Positions 11,386-21,693 of a stretch of 56,474 bases of DNA are shown one piece after another. Position 1 is the stretch's first letter. The number at the start of each line of letters is the position of its first letter. The notes beneath the pieces are model-generated. The model did no database searches. It was not told the origin of the DNA and saw only the letters and a program-made list of their open reading frames with translations. The stretch comes from a virus (Duplodnaviria > Heunggongvirae > Uroviricota > Caudoviricetes), in IMG/VR virus record IMGVR_UViG_2880372215_000005; one strand, written 5' to 3'. Made by a program: the position numbers and the translations under genes.

Positions 11386-12026
11386 TTTTCGGAATACCTC
11401 TCCCGTTTACTCAGTTGTTCAGGCAGATGGTGAAGCAGCTCACCGTTGCCGCAGTAAATGGCGGCATGGTTCGGTACCGAAGCACCAAAGCAGCACAGCA
11501 GAATATCGCCAGGCTGTGCGGAAGGCAGGGAAATCCTGTAAAAACCAGTCGCCTCCATATTGTCCAGGTACAGGTTCTGACCGTTGCGCCACCAGTCATC
11601 CTCACGCTCAAAATCCGGCATATCAATTCCCGCCAGATGGTAGGCATCCCGGAACAGCGTGTAACAGTCCGTCACCCCGTGCTCAAAGCGCCGTCCTGTC
11701 AGATGTGGCACACAGCGGAATTTATGAATTTCCCCCCGGCAGACCAGCCACCAGGACAGTGCACTTTTTATCTGCAGCCGCCGGTCGGCCTCGCTCAGCC
11801 AGGGCAGACCACCGGGATGACTGTGGACCAGTGCCACAATCTCCCCCTGCATCTCTGCCCGCAGCCAGTCTTCCGGTGCAATACGAAAATACGCCTCCGG
11901 CTCTGCAGAGATATTCACACAAGGGATATACCGCTCCCCCTCCGGCGTTCTCACCACGAAGCCGCACGACTCCGCTGGCGCACACCGCCGGGCATGCGCC
12001 AGAATCGCTGATTCAGTCTGTGTCAT
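11283..12026 (-). CDS. K: tail assembly protein K (MPN/JAB + NlpC/P60 domains)
   Basis: MTQTESAILAHARRCAPAESCGFVV... with HSHP motif; start chosen at internal ATG 12026 (in frame with ORF 11283..12287); overlaps I as in lambda. Confidence 0.85.
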   Translation of the reverse strand: MTQTESAILAHARRCAPAESCGFVVRTPEGERYIPCVNISAEPEAYFRIAPEDWLRAEMQGEIVALVHSHPGGLPWLSEADRRLQIKSALSWWLVCRGEIHKFRCVPHLTGRRFEHGVTDCYTLFRDAYHLAGIDMPDFEREDDWWRNGQNLYLDNMEATGFYRISLPSAQPGDILLCCFGASVPNHAAIYCGNGELLHHLPEQLSKRERYSEKWQRRTHSAWRHRHWHASAFTGIYNDLAAASACM

Positions 12027-12036
12027 AAAACAGGAT

Positions 12037-12735
12037 TTACTGCGAAAGTTTATTGATGGAAAGGAAACCGCCAAAATTAACCGCCATGCCGCGCATCTCA
12101 CACCCGCGCATGCACTTGCTGCATCTGTCCTTACGGATATCCGTGGTGGGGTTGTCGAACTCATCCGCCACAGCCCCGCCCGTGTAACCACACTCATCAG
12201 AGCGGTAGGTCCACATACAGGTATTCGCCAGCATGATGCGACCGGGAAACAGCGCCCCATCCGTCTCGGTCGGTGTAGCCAGCACAAACGAGGCCGTCAT
12301 GGCTGTCAGCTGCGACATCTGCTCCACCACCCAGCGGTCACTCAGCTCCTGCTCCGGGTCCGCCTCCGGATTGCCCGCAACGAAATTCACCGCATCCAGA
12401 AAACGGGCATACACCCGGCGGCGGACCACCGTGGCCCCCACCAGACTCTGCAGGTCCTCCGCCATCCCGGTGACAAGGCCAAACAGATTGGACACCGTCA
12501 GTGACGGGCGGGCACTGCTGCCCTTCCCGTTCATCTCAAAACCGCTGCCGTCAATCGGGTATGCCTGATATTGCCGCCCCTGCCAGGTGACCGCCTCCCC
12601 TTTTTCATTCAGCTCATTACAGAAAAAATACCGCTCACCACCCTGCACCGTCAGGTCGATTTCCCAGAGTACCACCCGCGGTGACTGCTCTGATTTAACC
12701 GACTCGTTCAGACTTTCTTCATGAATGTCCTGCAT
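12037..12735 (-). CDS. L: minor tail protein L
   Basis: 232 aa lambda gpL-like including Cys cluster near the C-terminus. Confidence 0.9.
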   Translation of the reverse strand: MQDIHEESLNESVKSEQSPRVVLWEIDLTVQGGERYFFCNELNEKGEAVTWQGRQYQAYPIDGSGFEMNGKGSSARPSLTVSNLFGLVTGMAEDLQSLVGATVVRRRVYARFLDAVNFVAGNPEADPEQELSDRWVVEQMSQLTAMTASFVLATPTETDGALFPGRIMLANTCMWTYRSDECGYTGGAVADEFDNPTTDIRKDRCSKCMRGCEMRGMAVNFGGFLSINKLSQ

Positions 12736-13076
12736 CAGTTCACCACCTGCTCAATCGTACAACTGAAATCACTGTACCGGGCGTTATCCGTGACGCTCCA
12801 CTCCCGGCACACCACCCTCACCGTCCGGTTATGTTTCGGCGGTCGCCACAAAAAGGCACGGTAACCACCATGCCACGATAAAAACTCTTCCAGCCAGCGC
12901 CGGGTTGACTCATCCGTCACCCGGAACACCGCCTGAAACGTCTTCAGTTGAGGATTCAGCCCTGTGGGGCGGCGCTGTTCATAACCGTCACCAAACCGCA
13001 CCCTCACCACCGACGGCTTCTCACTCACCTGCATCCCTTCACGCGGGACCAGATGCAGCGTTTTTATCTCAGCCAC
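12735..13076 (-). CDS. M: minor tail protein M
   Basis: 113 aa lambda gpM-like (MAEIKTLHLVPREG...). Confidence 0.85.
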   Translation of the reverse strand: MAEIKTLHLVPREGMQVSEKPSVVRVRFGDGYEQRRPTGLNPQLKTFQAVFRVTDESTRRWLEEFLSWHGGYRAFLWRPPKHNRTVRVVCREWSVTDNARYSDFSCTIEQVVN

Positions 13077-16000
13077 TCAGCATTCCTCCGTCACGTCGCA
13101 TGGACAGCATCACCGCCTGCACCCGCTGGTCAATCAGCTGCACAAGACTGCCTGCCGCCTCCGGCCCTATCTGGCCATTAGTCCCGTCATTCTGAATGGC
13201 GATATGGTAGACCGGGGAATACACCAGACCCGCACTGCCGTTCATACTGCCCACCGCGCGCACACCCAGCGAGCCATCCGCCGCCCGGGTCAGGGGCATA
13301 ATGGCTTCAGGTCCGGCCTCCCCCATCAGCCCGGCCCCTTTTGCAAAGGCAAAGTACGTGGGCGTATCCACAATACTGTTGCTGTACGCACTCAGGTTTG
13401 CCGAGGTATACACGCCGCCTTTTGCATTGGCCACCGCTCCGCCCAGCCAGTCACCAATGCTGCCGAGAAATCCTCCCGCACCGGACATACCGTTTGCCGC
13501 CGTCTTAATTCCGTTGACAATGGCCGCATTCATAAGAACTTTTGATATTTCCTGCAGTACGGATGAGGCCCAGCTGCGCCATTCCACTTTGTTTCCGTTC
13601 AGCATCTCCGTGATGTTATTCACCATCCCTGAGATACCCTCCGTCGCAAGCTGTGCTGCCTGTGAGGCGTAATCGGACGCATTATCCACCCAGTTACTGA
13701 ATCCCTCCTGCAGCCCTTTCTGCCAGTCCGCACGCTGCGCATCCGATTCGGCATAAAAAGTTTCCTGGTCTTTAAGGCGTTCACTCAGATACTGCGCGTT
13801 CTGTGCCAGAGCCTGTCTGTAAAAATCCTCACTGATATCCCCGGTCTGATACTGAGACTGAAGGTCCGCATCCTTCTGGCGGAAGCTGTCGCGGATCTGC
13901 TGCAACTCCCGCATGCGTTCTCTGGCTCGCTCCCCCTGCCCGTACCCCAGCAGTTCAGCATCATTCGACGCACGCGCAGCCGCATTCTCATTCTTCAGTG
14001 TCTCTTCCCGGGATCGCAACTGTTCCCGGATTTTTTGCTGGTCAATCAGGGCCGCATTGCGCAGCAGCTCCTGCTTCTGTATCTCCGTCAGGGTTTTCAG
14101 TTCGCCCTGCGCAGTCTGGTACTTCAGCTTCGCCAGCTCTGTATTCTGACCGGCCAGTGCCAGTTGCGCCTTCTGCTGCTTCAGCAGCCGGGAAAAACTG
14201 TCTTCCGCTTTTTCCGTCTCTGATTTTCCACCCCGGGATTTAGGTTTGTTCGCCTCGTTATTACGCCAGGCTTCCAGAGCATTACTGATATAACGCTGTC
14301 TCGCCTCCTGATACGAATCCCCCACAAAACCAAGGTCATCCGCCGCATACCCCAGCCGGGCACGCTCTTTTTCTTCCCCTTTCAGTCTGGACAGGGCCAG
14401 CTCACGCTCTGTTTTTGTCAGGGCACTCTGCTGTTTATCATCCAGAGTGGCCTGTGGCAGCCGTAACGGCACATTCACCAGTCCCTGCCGCTGCTGAAGC
14501 AGTTCATTACCCAGCCCCAGCAGACGGTTGAATTCCGTATGCTGACCGTTCATAACCAGCATGGACTGGTACACCTTATTCTGCTCTGCCGCCTGCTGAC
14601 GAATTAACGCCACACGACGGTCTTCCAGCCCGGCAAGCACATCCTGAATGGACTGCGCTTTTTCCTGCAGGGATTTCACCCGACTGGCCTGTTCATCAAT
14701 CAGCCGGTTCTGCTCTGTCAGCGCCGCCCGTGTTCGTCCTTCATTATCTGAGGCTTCAGGCAAAGACATTGACGGCGTTTTATGCGCGATTTCATCTATC
14801 GTCAGTGCATACTGGCGCGCAGACTCCCTGGCCTGCTCCTGATTCTGGTACAGCGTGTACCATGCTGCAGCCCCCAGCATCACCAGTCCGGGTACGCCAC
14901 CAACCAGCCCCAGCGCACCGCTCATCAGACGTGAGCCCACCGCCGTTGTACTGTTCAGCGCATTCTGGGCGGCGCTTCTGGCAGCAATATTTCTGTTCAG
15001 GCGTTCCTGTGTGGCCGCCAGACGGGCTTCTGCAGCAATCTGCATCTCCGTCCCGCGGGCTGCCGCCACGGCCTGCTGAGCACGGTACACGGCTGCTCTT
15101 GCCCGCGCCGTGGCAATCTGCGTTCCCCTGAACTGTGCTTCCGCCAGTGCAACTTCATTACGTGCAGCCGTCACAAGTCCTGCCGTGGCAGACATCGCTC
15201 CGGAGGCCATATTGCCAAAGTACCGGGCAACCCCGACGGCAACCAGTGCCCCCACGGCTGTTGCCACATTATCAATCTGTCCGGCAACACCGTTCAGCAC
15301 GCCGGAGAGCGTTTTCGTCACCCCGCTGGCCTCATTCGCACCACCCACCCAGGCCATAAAGGCGTTTTCCACCTTTGTGATCCCGTCAGAGACCGTTTCC
15401 GGCATGGCCGCGTATTCATCACGCAATACCTCCAGCTGGCTGATTAACGCAGGAACGACTTTATCCGCCGTCAGTTGACCATCGTCCGCCATCGCCTTCA
15501 GATCTTTACGGGCCACGCCCATACCCGCAGCCAGTGCACGTACGATCCGGTCACCACTTTCATTGACCGAATTAAATTCCTCACCGCGCAACACACCCTG
15601 TGCCAGCGCCTGGCTGAACTGGGTGATCACCGAACCCGCCTCAGCCGTACTGGCACCGGAGATTTTCAGCCCCGTGGAAATGGCCTCCGTCACCTTCAGC
15701 ACATCATCAGCACTGTAACCATATTCACGCATTGAGGCTGCCGAGCGGGCAAACAGGGCCGCATTATCCGAAAAAGCGGTACCTGTCCGCTGACTGATAT
15801 CCATCAGCACTTTCTGTGATGACGAAAATTCATCAGATGACTGCGACGCCTGTTTCAGACGGGCATTCACGGAACTCCACTCATCAGCCAGTGAAATCAG
15901 GTGTCCGGTGGCAAAGGCACCGGCAAATGCGCCAGCCATTCCGACAGCAGAACCGCGAATTTCCGTCAACTGGCTGTTCAGTTCTGCCAGGGCACGTCGC

Positions 16001-16149
16001 TGATCCCGGGCTGCCGCAGCGGCCTGACGCCCGCCATTCTGCAGGGTCCGGTAATATTCACTGCCCATACGGGACGCCCGCTGGATCTCCGACTGGAATG
16101 ACTGCGAATTTGCCGAAATTTTGATAATCAGTTCACGTAACGTCGCCAT
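13069..16149 (-). CDS. H: tail tape measure protein H
   Basis: 1026 aa, coiled-coil rich, lambda gpH-like N-terminus MATLRELIIKISANSQSFQSEIQRASRMGSEYYR. Confidence 0.9.
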   Translation of the reverse strand: MATLRELIIKISANSQSFQSEIQRASRMGSEYYRTLQNGGRQAAAAARDQRRALAELNSQLTEIRGSAVGMAGAFAGAFATGHLISLADEWSSVNARLKQASQSSDEFSSSQKVLMDISQRTGTAFSDNAALFARSAASMREYGYSADDVLKVTEAISTGLKISGASTAEAGSVITQFSQALAQGVLRGEEFNSVNESGDRIVRALAAGMGVARKDLKAMADDGQLTADKVVPALISQLEVLRDEYAAMPETVSDGITKVENAFMAWVGGANEASGVTKTLSGVLNGVAGQIDNVATAVGALVAVGVARYFGNMASGAMSATAGLVTAARNEVALAEAQFRGTQIATARARAAVYRAQQAVAAARGTEMQIAAEARLAATQERLNRNIAARSAAQNALNSTTAVGSRLMSGALGLVGGVPGLVMLGAAAWYTLYQNQEQARESARQYALTIDEIAHKTPSMSLPEASDNEGRTRAALTEQNRLIDEQASRVKSLQEKAQSIQDVLAGLEDRRVALIRQQAAEQNKVYQSMLVMNGQHTEFNRLLGLGNELLQQRQGLVNVPLRLPQATLDDKQQSALTKTERELALSRLKGEEKERARLGYAADDLGFVGDSYQEARQRYISNALEAWRNNEANKPKSRGGKSETEKAEDSFSRLLKQQKAQLALAGQNTELAKLKYQTAQGELKTLTEIQKQELLRNAALIDQQKIREQLRSREETLKNENAAARASNDAELLGYGQGERARERMRELQQIRDSFRQKDADLQSQYQTGDISEDFYRQALAQNAQYLSERLKDQETFYAESDAQRADWQKGLQEGFSNWVDNASDYASQAAQLATEGISGMVNNITEMLNGNKVEWRSWASSVLQEISKVLMNAAIVNGIKTAANGMSGAGGFLGSIGDWLGGAVANAKGGVYTSANLSAYSNSIVDTPTYFAFAKGAGLMGEAGPEAIMPLTRAADGSLGVRAVGSMNGSAGLVYSPVYHIAIQNDGTNGQIGPEAAGSLVQLIDQRVQAVMLSMRRDGGMLSG

Positions 16150-16200
16150 TCACCTTTCTCCGGGCAAAAAAAACCTGCCACAGCAGGTTTTCATCATTAT

Positions 16201-16880
16201 TTATGACATTGCTGCAAGGCTCAGCGCGTCTTCCAGCGCCGCAAACGGATCCACCTCCGGCTTATCCTCATCCTCGCCCCAGCAGAGCATGGCGTCCTTC
16301 AGTGCAACATTCATCCCCTGTGCCCCGAAAACCGCTTTCACGATCTGTGCATTACGGATATCCCCGCGCTCATCACCCAGCGGGGATACCCTGTCGAACT
16401 CCATCCACATCATCGCCTCGCTCGCACTCAGGCTGTGGCGCAGTTCGGATAAGGTGCGCCCCAGACGGAGCGCAAGTCGCATCAGAAAGCGAATTTCCGG
16501 GCGGGCTACTTTTTTCTGGCCGACTCTGCATCAGCGATCAGTTCCAGTGCCTGACGCAGCAACCGGGCATGTACCGGACCATAGACGGCCAGCACCTGCT
16601 CACGGTCGTCCGGAGCGAACACCCGCTGCAGATCCGTATCACACAGGACATCGCAGAACAGCGTCACATCCGCTTCCAGGTTACGGCGGGTTTTCGCCAC
16701 CACCGACAGGGTATCGTCATCCTCTCCATCACCATTGAGCACTTCCTGCCACAGATACCAGGCCTCTGCCGAAGGCTCCCGCAGCACCACGCTGACATTT
16801 CTCCATTCCGGCACCTTCACCGTTTTATGACGGAACCCCGACAGTCTGGCCAGCGCCAGTGTTTTCAGATCTTTTGCCAT
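16201..16880 (-). CDS. GT: tail assembly chaperone G-T fusion (product of programmed -1 frameshift at the end of G)
   Basis: -1 frame after slippery AAAAAAG (16509..16515) reads ...KKVARPEIRFLMRLALRLGRTLSEL..., i.e. continues into ORF 16201..16482. Confidence 0.6.
16506..16880 (-). CDS. G: tail assembly chaperone G
   Basis: 124 aa MAKDLKTLALARLSGFRHKTVKVPEW...; ends ...ESARKK with stop directly after an A-AAA-AAG slippery run. Confidence 0.8.
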   Translation of the reverse strand: MAKDLKTLALARLSGFRHKTVKVPEWRNVSVVLREPSAEAWYLWQEVLNGDGEDDDTLSVVAKTRRNLEADVTLFCDVLCDTDLQRVFAPDDREQVLAVYGPVHARLLRQALELIADAESARKK

Positions 16881-16885
16881 AAGCC

Positions 16886-17602
16886 TTATCCGCCCGCACC
16901 ATTAACCGTTACCGTACACGCATCAGAGGTAATGCTCTGCGGCTGTTCTGCAGAATCCATTACCATGCAGGTATAAGCCCCCTTATCACCTGACTGCGCA
17001 TTGGCTTTACTGAAAGTGTCAGTAGTCTGTCCCTCGACCGGCTGACCATCCTTCTTCCAGGCGTATTTATAAGGCGGCGTTCCCCCGTTGACACTGACTG
17101 ACATTGTCAGCAGCGCACCGGTATTCACGGTAAGTGTCTTCTCCGGATTTTTCACAAACGCCAGCGGTACCACATAGGACACCGGTTTACCCTTCAGGCG
17201 AAGTGAAAACGTTGCAGCCACCACGCCGTTGGTACCGGATGACCAGGTGTGCTGACGCACTTCCGCCAGGAACTTAAAGCCCTTACCGGACGGAAACTGC
17301 ACCTTAAACGCATACACCGTGTCATTGTCATAGGCATCACGCAGGGCGTTCTGGGCCTGATTCAGATAAAAATTACCCGACATGGAAATCTCGGACGACG
17401 CCCCCAGACCGTTGATGTTCTCCTGCTCTGTGGAGCAGAGCGTGGTCACATCAATATCCTGTTTCTGACCGGCGGTGAACTGGACTTCCTTGATGGTGCA
17501 GTCCAGGCGCAGATATTCCGCCTTATCCATAGTTTCAGCAGTCGCCGGGGCAGATGAAATCATCACCTGCGTCAGCTGTGAGCGTTCATACAAAGCAGAC
17601 AT
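16886..17602 (-). CDS. V: major tail protein V with C-terminal Ig-like (Big_2) domain
   Basis: MSALYERSQLTQVMISSAPATAETMDKAEY... ; start at ATG 17602 preceded by GGAGG; C-terminus ...YTCMVMDSAEQPQSITSDACTVTV is Ig-like. Confidence 0.85.
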   Translation of the reverse strand: MSALYERSQLTQVMISSAPATAETMDKAEYLRLDCTIKEVQFTAGQKQDIDVTTLCSTEQENINGLGASSEISMSGNFYLNQAQNALRDAYDNDTVYAFKVQFPSGKGFKFLAEVRQHTWSSGTNGVVAATFSLRLKGKPVSYVVPLAFVKNPEKTLTVNTGALLTMSVSVNGGTPPYKYAWKKDGQPVEGQTTDTFSKANAQSGDKGAYTCMVMDSAEQPQSITSDACTVTVNGAGG

Positions 17603-17618
17603 TCTGCCTCCTGATAAT

Positions 17619-17640
17619 AAAAAAACCCGCACGCGGCGGG
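17619..17640 (-). terminator. terminator-like hairpin + T-run between the U-like gene and V
   Basis: minus-strand cccgccgcgtgcggg followed by ttttttt, immediately upstream of the V RBS; identical element at about 24905..24927 in duplicate copy B. Confidence 0.5.
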
Positions 17641-17669
17641 GTATGGGTTTTGTAGAAAAAAAGAAAAAG

Positions 17670-18014
17670 TCACACCGTGACCTGAAACTCCAGGGTTGCA
17701 CGGTAACAGCGGTTTTCCGGAATATAGTCCTGCATTTCACTGACGGATCCCGGGGCCAGCAGCATTATGGCTTCACGGGCGTCCTGACGTATCTGACGCG
17801 CCTGCGTCACAGTCCCGGCATAAACGTCTATCTGCACCGACACTGAGGACTCCGCCTGCCCGCCCATCACGTCCGCAGACACCGATGAAATCAGGCTGAA
17901 AACCACCCACGGAAGCGCCACCGACGGCCTGCCATCCAGCAGGGGGACCACATACGGGTACACCTGCCCGCCGGCAAGATGCGCCAGATAAGGATACAAA
18001 TCCGCCTCCGTCAT
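17670..18014 (-). CDS. tail terminator / tail completion protein (functional analog of lambda U)
   Basis: 114-aa ORF in the U position directly upstream of V; identical copy at 24949..25293. Confidence 0.6.
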   Translation of the reverse strand: MTEADLYPYLAHLAGGQVYPYVVPLLDGRPSVALPWVVFSLISSVSADVMGGQAESSVSVQIDVYAGTVTQARQIRQDAREAIMLLAPGSVSEMQDYIPENRCYRATLEFQVTV

Positions 18015-18457
18015 CGTCTCAGTACCTCATCAATGGCCCGGTTCATCCGCGCAATCGCCACCTGAGCTGCCTGTTCACTGCGCACATCAAACGCCGGGCG
18101 CACAAACGGGTGCGGTGGCATATTCACGGTCCCCATTTCCACAAACCGCCAGTAGAAAGCATTGCGCGGGTTATCCGCCTTCATGGTGTTATCGCTGTTA
18201 CCGGTGTCCGGATTAACACCACGGATATGGACACCGGATTCCATCCCGCCATCGCGGGAGCGCCGGGAAAGGACCACCACATTGCGGCGCAGTTTTCCCC
18301 TGCGTACCGGTGCCCGTGACACCACTTCTTCTTTCAGCACATTCGCACCCGCACGGGTTGCCTCACGCAGCACCCGGTTATTTTCCGCACCACTCAGAAG
18401 CTGCAAATCGCGGCTGATGTCCTCCAGCCCCGAAAAATCCAGCAGGGTTTCGATCAT
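18011..18457 (-). CDS. HK97 gp10-family head-tail joining protein
   Basis: 148 aa MIETLLDFSGLEDISRDLQLLSGAENNRVLREATRAGANVLKEEVVSRAPVRRGKLRRNV... gp10-like; identical copy at 25290..25736. Confidence 0.65.
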   Translation of the reverse strand: MIETLLDFSGLEDISRDLQLLSGAENNRVLREATRAGANVLKEEVVSRAPVRRGKLRRNVVVLSRRSRDGGMESGVHIRGVNPDTGNSDNTMKADNPRNAFYWRFVEMGTVNMPPHPFVRPAFDVRSEQAAQVAIARMNRAIDEVLRR

Positions 18458-18803
18458 TTTTCCCCTCCCAGCCGACAGAGAATTTCCAGACGTCCGCCGG
18501 TCGCATCCGGCACGGGCAGCCCGACAACGTTCAGGATCCGGTCACGCCAGGGACCACTCAGCACATGAAGTCGTGACGCTGCCGTGATTTCCCGACCGGA
18601 CTGACCGCGCACCCAGATGCGGATTTCCGCCTGCGCCATTTCCGCACCGGACTGCATCCGCTCCCGGCTGCTCCTGCCCGGATATCCGCATGAATTTTCC
18701 CGCATGACACCCATTCTTCCGTCATTTCTCCGGCAGCGTTACGGGTTAACACCGGGTTCAGAACACTTATCATCTGTGTCAGACGACCTGCAGATATTGC
18801 CAT
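18454..18803 (-). pseudogene. head-tail adaptor (Phage_H_T_join-like), frameshifted copy
   Basis: two overlapping ORFs (18558..18803 and 18454..18714) together cover the intact 116-aa protein seen at 25733..26083; break is a 1-nt difference in a C-run (ccc vs cccc). Confidence 0.6.
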
Positions 18804-18812
18804 TCCCCCTCC

Positions 18813-19136
18813 TCATAACACCGTCGGACAACGCAAATCGTAAATCAGCACGGAACAGAAAACGGCAGCTCCCCCTGAATCAGTCTTCCCGCTCGCAAGA
18901 TCCGGATTCCGGTACAGCATCCCGGTCAGTCGCATGGCAGCCCCCTTCATCCGGGTTAATGCCTCGCCCGGGATCAGTTCACCGTCCTCACGAATCACCT
19001 TATCCCGGCTGCCCTGAATGTAGGCCAGCAGCACGGCGGTAGCCTGACGAACCTTGTCCATCAGCATGTCATCATCCGCGTCATGGTCGACACGCAGATG
19101 TGCCTTGATCTCTTCCAGTGTCAGTAATGCCGTCAT
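18813..19136 (-). CDS. gp6-like head-tail connector protein (copy A; C-terminus differs from copy B by indels)
   Basis: MTALLTLEEIKAHLRVDHDADDDMLMDKVRQATAVLLAYIQG...; same N-terminal 80 aa as 26125..26418. Confidence 0.5.
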   Translation of the reverse strand: MTALLTLEEIKAHLRVDHDADDDMLMDKVRQATAVLLAYIQGSRDKVIREDGELIPGEALTRMKGAAMRLTGMLYRNPDLASGKTDSGGAAVFCSVLIYDLRCPTVL

Positions 19137-19232
19137 TTTCCGCCTCCTGCATCCCGCCACGTTTTGCAGCCAGGGTCCAGCTGATGAATGAGCTTCTCCG
19201 GGTTTATCACGGTCATACTGTTGCAGTGCCAC

Positions 19233-20336
19233 AGCGAGCCCCCCACGTCACCGTATCACCGGGGTGGTAGGTTTCACCGGCTCTGAACACACCGCGGTAG
19301 AGCATCACCGGCAGGGAAAATGTTTTTTCCGTACGCTGGCCACTGCTCTGCCGGACCACCACAGTGAACACCGTCGCCGTCATGCTGACGTCAATATCGC
19401 CACCCCGTCAACCAGGCATTCCCATCCCCGCATCCCGTGCGTTTTTTCATACGCCCGCCAGAGTCCGCCCTGGTGTGTGGCATACGTGCCCCGGGGAAAG
19501 GATTTTTGATCGTCAATGGCGGGGATATTTCCAGTGCCGTGGCATCACGCCCGTCCTGCGGAGCCGGCAGGGCTCTCACCGCATCCAGAACCGCCTTCTG
19601 CAGAACATCCGGATCGTAGTCACGACCATCACGCGGAACAGGAATATGGCTTACCGCCTCTTCACCATCTGTTCAAGCATCGGACGCACATCATCGGGGT
19701 GAACTTTTGCCGTCTGCCGGTACCGGAATATTCGCGACCGCATCATTCACCGCCTGCTTCAGTACTTCCGGATCATAGTCACGACCGTCACGCGGAGCAG
19801 GGATATGGCTTACCGCCTCCTTCACCATCTGTCAAGCATCGGACGCACATCATCGGGGTGATACTTTTGCCGTCCGCCGGTACCGGAATATTTGCGCAAC
19901 CGCATCATTCACCGCCTGCTTCAGTACTTCCGGATCATAATCACGACCATCACGCGGACAGGGATATGGCTTACAGCCTCTTCACCATCTGTTCAAGCAT
20001 CGGACGCACATCATCCGGGGTGATACTTTTACCGTCCGCCGGCCGGAATATTGCAACCGCATCATTCACCGCCTGCTGCAGTACATCCGGATCATAATCA
20101 CGACCATCACGCGGTACCGGAATGGCCCCACAGCGTCATCCACCATCGCCTGCAGAACCGGATGTACCTCATCCACCGTCACATGCTTCTGTAATACCGC
20201 CGACAGGGAAGCAGTTTCTCTTCAAACGCTTGTGCCTGCGAGGCCATCTTCCCCTCAAATGTGCGCTGTAAATCCGCCAGCACGTGGAAAATTCTTCGCC
20301 CAGTGCACGAATAATGGACAGTTCCCGTTCCGTCAT
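19233..20336 (-). pseudogene. tandem-repeat head-region protein, copy A, disrupted by multiple frameshifts and substitutions
   Basis: region is the counterpart of 26363..27583 but the minus strand is broken into short frames; starts MTERELSIIRALGEEFSTVLADLQRTFEG at about 20336. Confidence 0.5.
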
Positions 20337-20572
20337 TTTCTCAGTATCCCCCTGAACATCGCTTTCACCGCATCATGCTCTGTTTCACTGATTGCCTTAT
20401 TACCGTCAGATGCGCCGTCAGGCAGCTGTGATGAAACTGTTTTCCCGGCAGACGCGAACGGATCCTCACGGGCATCACGACGGGACAGCGCCTCCAGACT
20501 GTAGTTCTGCTGCTGAAGATACAGTGCATCACCGCCGGCAGGGGCGGCAGGTTCTCCGTTTACGGGCCTCAT
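20333..20572 (-). CDS. hypothetical small protein between portal and repeat protein (intact only in copy A)
   Basis: 79-aa ORF MRPVNGEPAAPAGGDALYLQQQNYSLEALSRRDAREDPF...; the copy-B counterpart is frameshifted. Confidence 0.3.
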   Translation of the reverse strand: MRPVNGEPAAPAGGDALYLQQQNYSLEALSRRDAREDPFASAGKTVSSQLPDGASDGNKAISETEHDAVKAMFRGILRK

Positions 20573-20637
20573 TGGGCGTGAGAAGCGTATTTTTCACCGA
20601 TCACCCAGCGTTTTCATGCGCCGTTCGCTGTCCATTC

Positions 20638-21693
20638 TCAGCAGCGTGGTGACATCAAATTCGTACTCTCGTTTTCCCCCGTTTCCAGCGCCTCATCCAG
20701 TAACAGTTCAATGGACTCAATCAGCGTCTGCAGACACTGGGAATAATACTGCTGCTCCAGCGCCTCCACGTTGTCACTGGAAGGCGGGTGGCCAACGCCA
20801 ATCTTGTAGGCCGGGACACGGAACACCGAACAGACAATTTCAGCCGTCATTTTCAGTTGTTCCACCGTCTGCGCATCCACCGGTGAAAACGTCGTGGGGC
20901 TGTATTTTGCCCCGTTGCTCAGTATGGCCGTCTTCCCGGCATTTTCGCCCGTATATCCGCTGTCCCAGTTCCCCTTCAGTTTTTTCGCGTTTTCTTCCGT
21001 AATACTGCCGGGGACCTCAATCACGCCTGATGGTCGCCCGCCATTTCTGAAAAAATACGTCGAATTTGCCTGAATATGATGCCCCTGCATGGCGGCCAGT
21101 CCTGCGGCATACACCGGCGGCAGCCCCACAAGCGGATGAAAAAAACAGTTAAAACGGTCGTGGATCACCTCCCGGGCAGGCACCGTCACCGACTCTGTGA
21201 TCCCACAGTTCCGGTCCGGCGTGATGCGGTAGAACACCTCGCCGTCATCCGCCACCAGAGGTTCAACCCGGTTCCAGTCCAGAATACGCAGTTCTTTGAT
21301 CTGCCCCCGGGGGGTGCGGATTTTCAGCACCACCGTATTGCCGTGACGCAATTTGGAATTCAGCCACAGTTCAAAAAACTGGATGCGATTCTGCTGCGCA
21401 TTAGGACGACGACAGAGACGGGCAGTATCTCCCTGCCGCTTTTCCCGGCGTATTCCCTGTACATCAGTCTGCATCAGGCGAAGCCGCATTTTGGCAATAT
21501 CCTGGGATATCAGCGAAATGCATGAAAACACCGCGTGAAAGGACAAAACGGTTTCCGGATCGGCTTTCACCCCCTGCTGCCAGGCACCGGCAAAAGGCTC
21601 AGCCACCGCCTGAAACAGGGACCGCCAGCCCACTTCTCTTACGTCACGTCCTGATTTCTGGTTTTTTCGGGTTCGCCGCAAAAGGTTCCACAT
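20638..21693 (-). CDS. portal protein, HK97 family (copy A, C-terminus shorter than copy B)
   Basis: portal-like blocks ...ILDWNRVEPLVADDGEVFYRI... and ...VEQLKMTAEIVCSVFRVPAYKIGVG...EQQYYSQCLQTLIESIELLLDEAL. Confidence 0.7.
   Translation of the reverse strand: MWNLLRRTRKNQKSGRDVREVGWRSLFQAVAEPFAGAWQQGVKADPETVLSFHAVFSCISLISQDIAKMRLRLMQTDVQGIRREKRQGDTARLCRRPNAQQNRIQFFELWLNSKLRHGNTVVLKIRTPRGQIKELRILDWNRVEPLVADDGEVFYRITPDRNCGITESVTVPAREVIHDRFNCFFHPLVGLPPVYAAGLAAMQGHHIQANSTYFFRNGGRPSGVIEVPGSITEENAKKLKGNWDSGYTGENAGKTAILSNGAKYSPTTFSPVDAQTVEQLKMTAEIVCSVFRVPAYKIGVGHPPSSDNVEALEQQYYSQCLQTLIESIELLLDEALETGENESTNLMSPRC

Noticed and set aside
13204-16124. Multiple plus-strand ORFs inside the tape measure gene
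   Set aside because: Antisense to the 1026-aa tape measure ORF; no RBS and low-complexity translations.
19264-20097. Plus-strand ORFs across the copy-A repeat region
   Set aside because: Antisense frames opened up because the sense gene is frameshifted.
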